Shown: positions 51,550-64,000 of the stretch, one piece after another
Numbering within the stretch: position 1 is the stretch's first letter
Layout: each line of letters opens with the position of its first letter
The notes under the pieces: model-generated
The model's input: only the letters and a program-made list of their open reading frames with translations
Database searches by the model: none
Told to the model about the DNA's origin: nothing
Program-made: the position numbers and the translations under genes
Source: the human T2T-CHM13v2.0 reference genome, Homo sapiens
Assembly: GCF_009914755.1 (NCBI RefSeq)
Contig: NC_060947.1
DNA: 64,000 bases
Reading direction: 5' to 3' (one strand)

Positions 51550-51862
51550 CAGGTTGAGCATTCCTTATCTGAAATGCTTGAGACCAGAAATGTTTTGGAT
51601 TTTTTTGGATTTTGGAATATTTCCATATATGTAATGAGATACCTTGGGGATGGGACCCAAGGCTAGACACAAAATTCATTTATGTTTCATATATACTTAA
51701 TACATATAGCTTGAAGGTAATTTTATGCAATATTTTAAGTTTTTGCCTAAAACAAAGTTTAAATACTTATATGTGGAATTTTCCACTTGTGGCATCATAT
51801 CAGTACTCAAAGTTTTGGATTTTGGAGCATTTTGGATTTTTGAATTAGGGATGCTCAACCTG
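51550..51862. mobile_element. Tigger4/MER46 (Zombi)-type TcMar MITE
   Basis: TA-CAGGTTGAGCATTCCT ... AGGGATGCTCAACCTG-TA: terminal inverted repeats with TA TSD. Confidence 0.88.
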
Positions 51863-52014
51863 TAATTAAAACTCTGGTTATGAGGATGTTGTTTAATGAA
51901 GTGGAATTAATATGTGAATGCTGCCAGAAAGAGACTACTTTTAGATAAGCTTGATCATGGTTGGGTAGTCCTTAGTTCTTAGCAATCACGTGCTATTTTT
52001 TTTTTTCAACTGAC

Positions 52015-52346
52015 CTATGCCGTGCACCTCATAATGACATTTAGATCAACAGTGGACAGCATGTATGATGGTGGTCCCGTAAGATTATGATATGGTATTT
52101 TTTGTTTAGATAAAAAACATTTTCAGATACACAAATACTTATCATTGACTATGGTACTCAGTAAGGTAACATGCTATACAGGTTTGTAGCCTTGAAACAA
52201 TAGGCTATACCATGTAGCCTAGATGTGTAGTAGGCTATACCATCTAGGTTTGTGTAAGTACACTCTATGATGTTTGCACAGTGATAAAAATCACCTAATG
52301 ACATATTTTTCAGAATGTATTCTTGTCATTAAGTGATGCATGACTG
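52015..52346 (-). mobile_element. Tigger3a/MER7-type TcMar MITE
   Basis: GGTGGTCCCGTAAGATTAT, GTAGGCTATACCATCTAGGTTTGTGTAAGTACACTCTATGATGTT, ending GCATGACTG-TA. Confidence 0.82.
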
Positions 52347-55033
52347 TATAAGTGAAAAGCTGCCTAATGGGAAAAGAGAAAAGGTGGTGGGACAGGAATA
52401 AGAAGGCAGGGCAGTGACAGATTTAATTTATGTTCAAGTACTTATGAGCAAAGAGTTTTTTTAAAAATTATTTTTCATGTAGACCCATTAACTTAGATTG
52501 CTTGATGCATTTGAATCCAGATTTTGAAGGGTAATAAGGTAGGTGTTTGGATATGAGCTAGAACTTGGGATAATAGTGTAGATTATGATTACTGGCTATA
52601 GTTGATTACCCTTGAACAGCTGTGAAATGAACCTTACTAGAAATTATTTTACTATGGTAATAATCACAAATTATTCAGAGAAGTTATTTGAAGTTTCCAT
52701 AGCTGTTATTCAGTTGTAAGCATGTTTTACTGGGAGAGTAACTTTCAGATGGCAAGTGTTGAAACTGTAACAAACATTAGTTTAAATATTTTTCTATTAT
52801 GGCATACCTAGTCTGAGTATTTGGCTTCATTTGCATATAATTTGTTAAGACCAAGGTTTTAAGTTTTTTCGTGATGTTTCAGAATGATATAATTTATGTC
52901 TGTGGTGATTTTAGCAATTTAACCCAAAACATTTAAACTCTTGAATCTGTCATCTATTGAAAATAATGTATGTGTGTGTATGTATGTAAATATGCACACA
53001 CATAAATAAAGATGATACTCTTATATTTGCTTTTTCTTTCCTATTGTACAAAATACTACCTGCCTTTTGAATTTAAGCCTTCGTGACACTTAATATATTT
53101 TTGTGTTTAGATCACAGATCTCTTACTTCCATGCAATGGCTTTTGTATTCTTCTTGAAATTGGGTGATTGAACTATTTTATGTTAATAATAGTTATCTGA
53201 AGATCTCTTTGCCATTAAATTTTCAAAAATGGTTCGAATACTATTGGTTCTTGATTAAGGATGATTAAGAATTTAAAATAATAAATATAATAAAAATAAA
53301 TTTAGCACCTTGAACACCTTGTTAAGAAATATTACTGTAGTTTGAAATTAAACAAATGAAAAGCTCCCTAATAAAATGCTAAATGCTATACTTTTAATGA
53401 CTTGCCTTTAGTTATAAGTTTCTGAAGCTTAAAAAAAATTCCTGGGTGGATATTACTTGGGAGAAATAGGTTATTAGTTTCTAAGTTAAATTTGACTTTT
53501 TCCCGAACATAAAACCTCCTTTTATACAATGGCTCTGTTTATGCAACATTGCAAATGGAAACTTCAGTTCTTACTTCTAATCTTGGGTTTTAAAACTCAA
53601 AGATTTATGAGATATGTACATATCTTACATATGTACATACACATATGCATACATGTATTATACGTATACATATATCTGATATATATTACACATCATGTAC
53701 AGAGTCCAAATGTTTTCTCCTAGTCATTGTCATACTTCAACCTGTGACCTTTTCCTCTATACTTTCATGTAACTTTAAGCTCTCCTTCTGCCTTTTATAT
53801 AAAAATAGTTTATTATTTAAATATGTTGTTTTTATCTTTCTATTTACTCATTTGTTAAAATGGTTGTTTCATATACCTGGTTCTCAAAACACACACTGTT
53901 AGTGCCAGCAGGATGGGCCCAGTGTGAAAGTGGATGAGAATGGACATCTCTACTCTTAGGAAACCAACTCTAAATGTGAACTCTGATTTTTAGTTACTGT
54001 GTGTAGGGAACTTTGAATTACAAGGATAAATAAACCATACTTTTCTTGCCTTTATATGGCTTATGGTCTGTCTGAAGAGATAGAAGAATAGATAACTTAA
54101 AAAAAAAACAAGTCTGTGAGGTTGCTGCAAATGAGATACATCTAAAACATTTCTCTCTTTGCTGTCCTTCACTACATGAGGTCACACACCAGCTCTTTAA
54201 GTATTGTAGCTTTCTCCTTGCATGTGTCTAAAAAGATATCACTGGATGGAAAATTTAAAGCATAAATTAGTGCCTATCTCAGAGTATTATAAAACTCTTT
54301 TTTAGAATCTGCAGCTGTTTAGTCATTAGGCTTGTTATAGATAGTATATCCTTTTCTCAGCTAAAATCAGACCTTCAAATCTATACCCCATTATCCAAAA
54401 ATAGAGAATTTGATGCTTCTGGCAAGATTGATGCTTTAGGGTCAAACAAATGGATTATTATGAAACTCATATTATAATTAAAAATGTATGTAATCTTCCC
54501 GATTGTACTTATGTAAAGTAATCAGGCCAATATCTTTTGCATACCTTTAAAAATTTAGTGAAATGTTTATAAAAATGTATAAGTCAGGTCTGTGTGATTG
54601 TTTATGCATAAATTGGGTATCTTTTTGAAAAGGTTGACTGGGGGTGTATATATAATTAATTCTTAGCATGTTGTATATTTGAACAAGTATAGAAGAAAGT
54701 CACTTTTTTAATCTGTGTACTGTTGCAGTAATTGAGAGATCATGCTGATAAATAGGTGTATTTTGCTTTTGTGCATAGAATATGATGTTGGGCTGATCCA
54801 GACCAAAGATCATACTTCCTAATTTACTGAAATTAATGCTGCTCAATTTCAAAGGAAAAATATAGCTTTTACTTTTTTTTTGACAGCTGAACAAAATTAA
54901 GCTGTATATATTTATTGTATATATAATAATAAGTTGTTATATATACACATTGACATGCATATGAAAACTCTTAGCAGTGACTAAGCTTCTTTTTAGGACT
55001 CATTATGACTACTCACATTTGAAAGATGTTCTA

Positions 55034-55708
<675 letters not shown>

Positions 55709-56329
55709 TCGTGTGTCTGTTTTAAAGTGCCTGTGAAATAGGCATGTTTTGTAGCATGCTCTTCTTAGCAAAAACACGAAAAGGTCATGCTTACAACAAG
55801 GCAAGGATAATTGAATGGGGTTGAAATAAAGACATTCAATTAGAACTTGAGGAAAGTGGGCTTGTACAGCTTGATAGAGAGAGGCTGGAGGGTGATGCTC
55901 ATTGAGCCCAGGACAGGAAAGTGGTGATTCATGTAATTTGTTTCCTGTGACTATGGTTGACTTATGAGAAGTTTTTGTTTGTTTTGAAGCAGTAGGTGAC
56001 ATATGCTTTTGAGATAGCTAGTTATACAAAGCTGTGAACATCCAACATTGGGGTACAGCCTATAAGTGTTCAATAAATAATAATCTTACGTTAGAGAACT
56101 GAAAATGAAGGATGCAGTAGAGAGCTGTTGCAGAGTAGCAGGGACCTGGTATGTGTGGAGGGATGAAAGATGATCCCAGGGACTTGAATGTGGTAAACTA
56201 GAAAAGCTTTGGTATTATTTATCAGGCTGGGAAACTTAATAAAAGATATATGAGTTTGGGGGGAGAAATAATGAGTTTGGCTTTAATAAAGAATAAAAAT
56301 GGCAGCAGAACATAAAACCTAGTATTAAC

Positions 56330-56515
56330 AAATACTACCTATTGAGCATCTACCACATGCTAGACACTCTACTAGATGTCTCAACCACTACAACAAGATA
56401 ACTCTATTCTTAGCCTCATTTTACACATGAGGAGACTGAGTCTTAGAGGGTCTGTGTAATAGGGCCAAAATCATGTGGCTGATAAATTGTGGAACTAGGC
56501 TTTGATCTGACTCCA
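56330..56515. mobile_element. MIR SINE
   Basis: ATTGAGCATCTACCACATGCTAGACACT...CTCATTTTACACATGAGGAGACTGAGTCTTAGAGGG. Confidence 0.72.
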
Positions 56516-56537
56516 GAAATAGCTAACTTGAGCATGA

Positions 56538-59308
<2,771 letters not shown>

Positions 59309-59767
59309 CTAAAGTCATGTTTTCTGTTGTCAGGAAGTTTAACATATAGTTTGGGAGGTGAATTTGAGATAAGATGGTAGTTGACATGATAGTGTGAAAC
59401 CTTTCCCTTTTTTTTTTTTCCAATAAATTTCTCCATTGAAGCCTGCCTTAGGAAAAATTCATGTCAATAATAAAGCGGGAGGGGAAAAGCATTTCCCAGA
59501 ACCCCACATGAGAACTACCATAAAGCTGGGAATAGAATTAAGGAGTAACATTATTAGCTGATAATGGACTGAATGAGAATGGTATAGTGAGAACCTCTGT
59601 TTTACCTCTGTGTGTCAGAGGGCCCAGAATCCTTGGTGTAGTAATGATGGATTGTAGAACCTTCCCCAAATGGCACAGTTGAAACTTGATCCAGGAAGCC
59701 CAAGTCATTGCCGTTAAGACTCTACCATATTAGGATGGGCAGGAGAACCTCTCCTAGCTGTATAGAT

Positions 59768-59965
59768 CCGGAGTTGGCAAACTACTGCCTGTGGGCTCTA
59801 TTTTATAAATAAAGTTTTGTTGGAATGCAGCCACAGTCATTTAAGTATTTTTTGTGCATGCTTTTGCAATACAATGACGGTTGAGTAGTTGTGATAGAGA
59901 CTGACCCACAAAGCCTGAAATATTTATTATCTGACTTTGTATAGAAAGAGTTTGCTGACTTCTGA
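59768..59965. mobile_element. MER58A-like hAT MITE
   Basis: GGAGTTGGCAAACTAC...AAATAAAGTTTTGTTGGAATGCAGCCAC...AAAGCCTGAAATATTTA...GTTTGCTGACTTCTG. Confidence 0.8.
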
Positions 59966-60694
59966 TATTGAGCAAGCCCTAACTAGGAGAATATTGTGGG
60001 AACAGCGTAGTGGCCTTAGTGAACCACAGTCTTAATTTCTATTTGACTCTTTGCCCTTGGTGCTCTAAGAGCCTGAGGAATAAGGTTAATAAGGTGGGGG
60101 ACTTCAGTGAAAATTACTTTTCCGTTGATCTGGACTTGAGTAAATCCTTTGAATGGCTGGGCAGGAAGTTTTGTATTGGTTACCTCTTTCACGTGTCAAC
60201 TGTCACAGCAGAGATGTGGAATTTGCTGGGTACTGGGCATACAGAGACGCATATAGTCTATTTACCTTCTGTCACATCACTGGCCTGCATAGTACCCTTT
60301 CCACCCAAAGACGAATACGAAGAAGAAAACAGTCCTCATTGAGATTGTGAAAAAATTCTTCAGCTCAAGAGAAGGACATTCTCATAAATATGAAGAGATT
60401 TATGAGTGTAAAATACTTTGGAGAAAAATATGTGAGATTCAAAGGAACGTAAATAAGAAATTAAGACGAAACAGTTAACTTTTGTTTCAAGTGCCTCTTC
60501 CAGGCGTTGTGCTAGCTGCTTTATTTTCGTGTCTCTTTCAATCCTCACATTAACCATAAAAGTTAGAAGGAATTATCCTCCTCTTATGTGGGGGAAACTG
60601 GTGCTCGAATAGGTTAATTTCCTGAAAGCCATACAAGTCAGTAGATGGTTGAGCCGGGAATTAGTCACATTTTAGGCTCCCCTTCTTTCTTAAA

Positions 60695-64000
<3,306 letters not shown>

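Overview
Primate, almost certainly human, genomic DNA inside the X-linked kinase gene CDKL5 on the + strand. The window holds the distal ~47.5 kb of intron 1, exon 2 (47538-47763, ATG at 47700), intron 2, the 35-nt exon 3 (51429-51463, with a GC 5' splice site) and the start of intron 3. Spliced, the two exons encode [33 protein letters not shown], the CDKL5 N-terminus and Gly-rich ATP-binding loop. The rest is transposon-dense intron: about 60 Alus (mostly antisense), L1/L2/MIR fragments, ERV/MaLR solo LTRs and DNA-transposon MITEs. Nearly all ORFs in the supplied track are Alu or other repeat artefacts. I found no new multi-gene system. The most interesting signals are: (1) a start-codon architecture in exon 2, where a uORF stop overlaps the weak-context Met1 (ATGA) and a start-stop ORF overlaps Met10 (TGATG); (2) the GC-donor frameshifting micro-exon; (3) a ~37-nt non-Alu segment shared by two Alus 15.4 kb apart; (4) a perfect tandem duplication of an Alu 3' end plus (CA)n in intron 2; (5) a young AluYg6-type insertion near exon 2. 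Repeat subfamily names are from recognition by eye and repeat boundaries are approximate.
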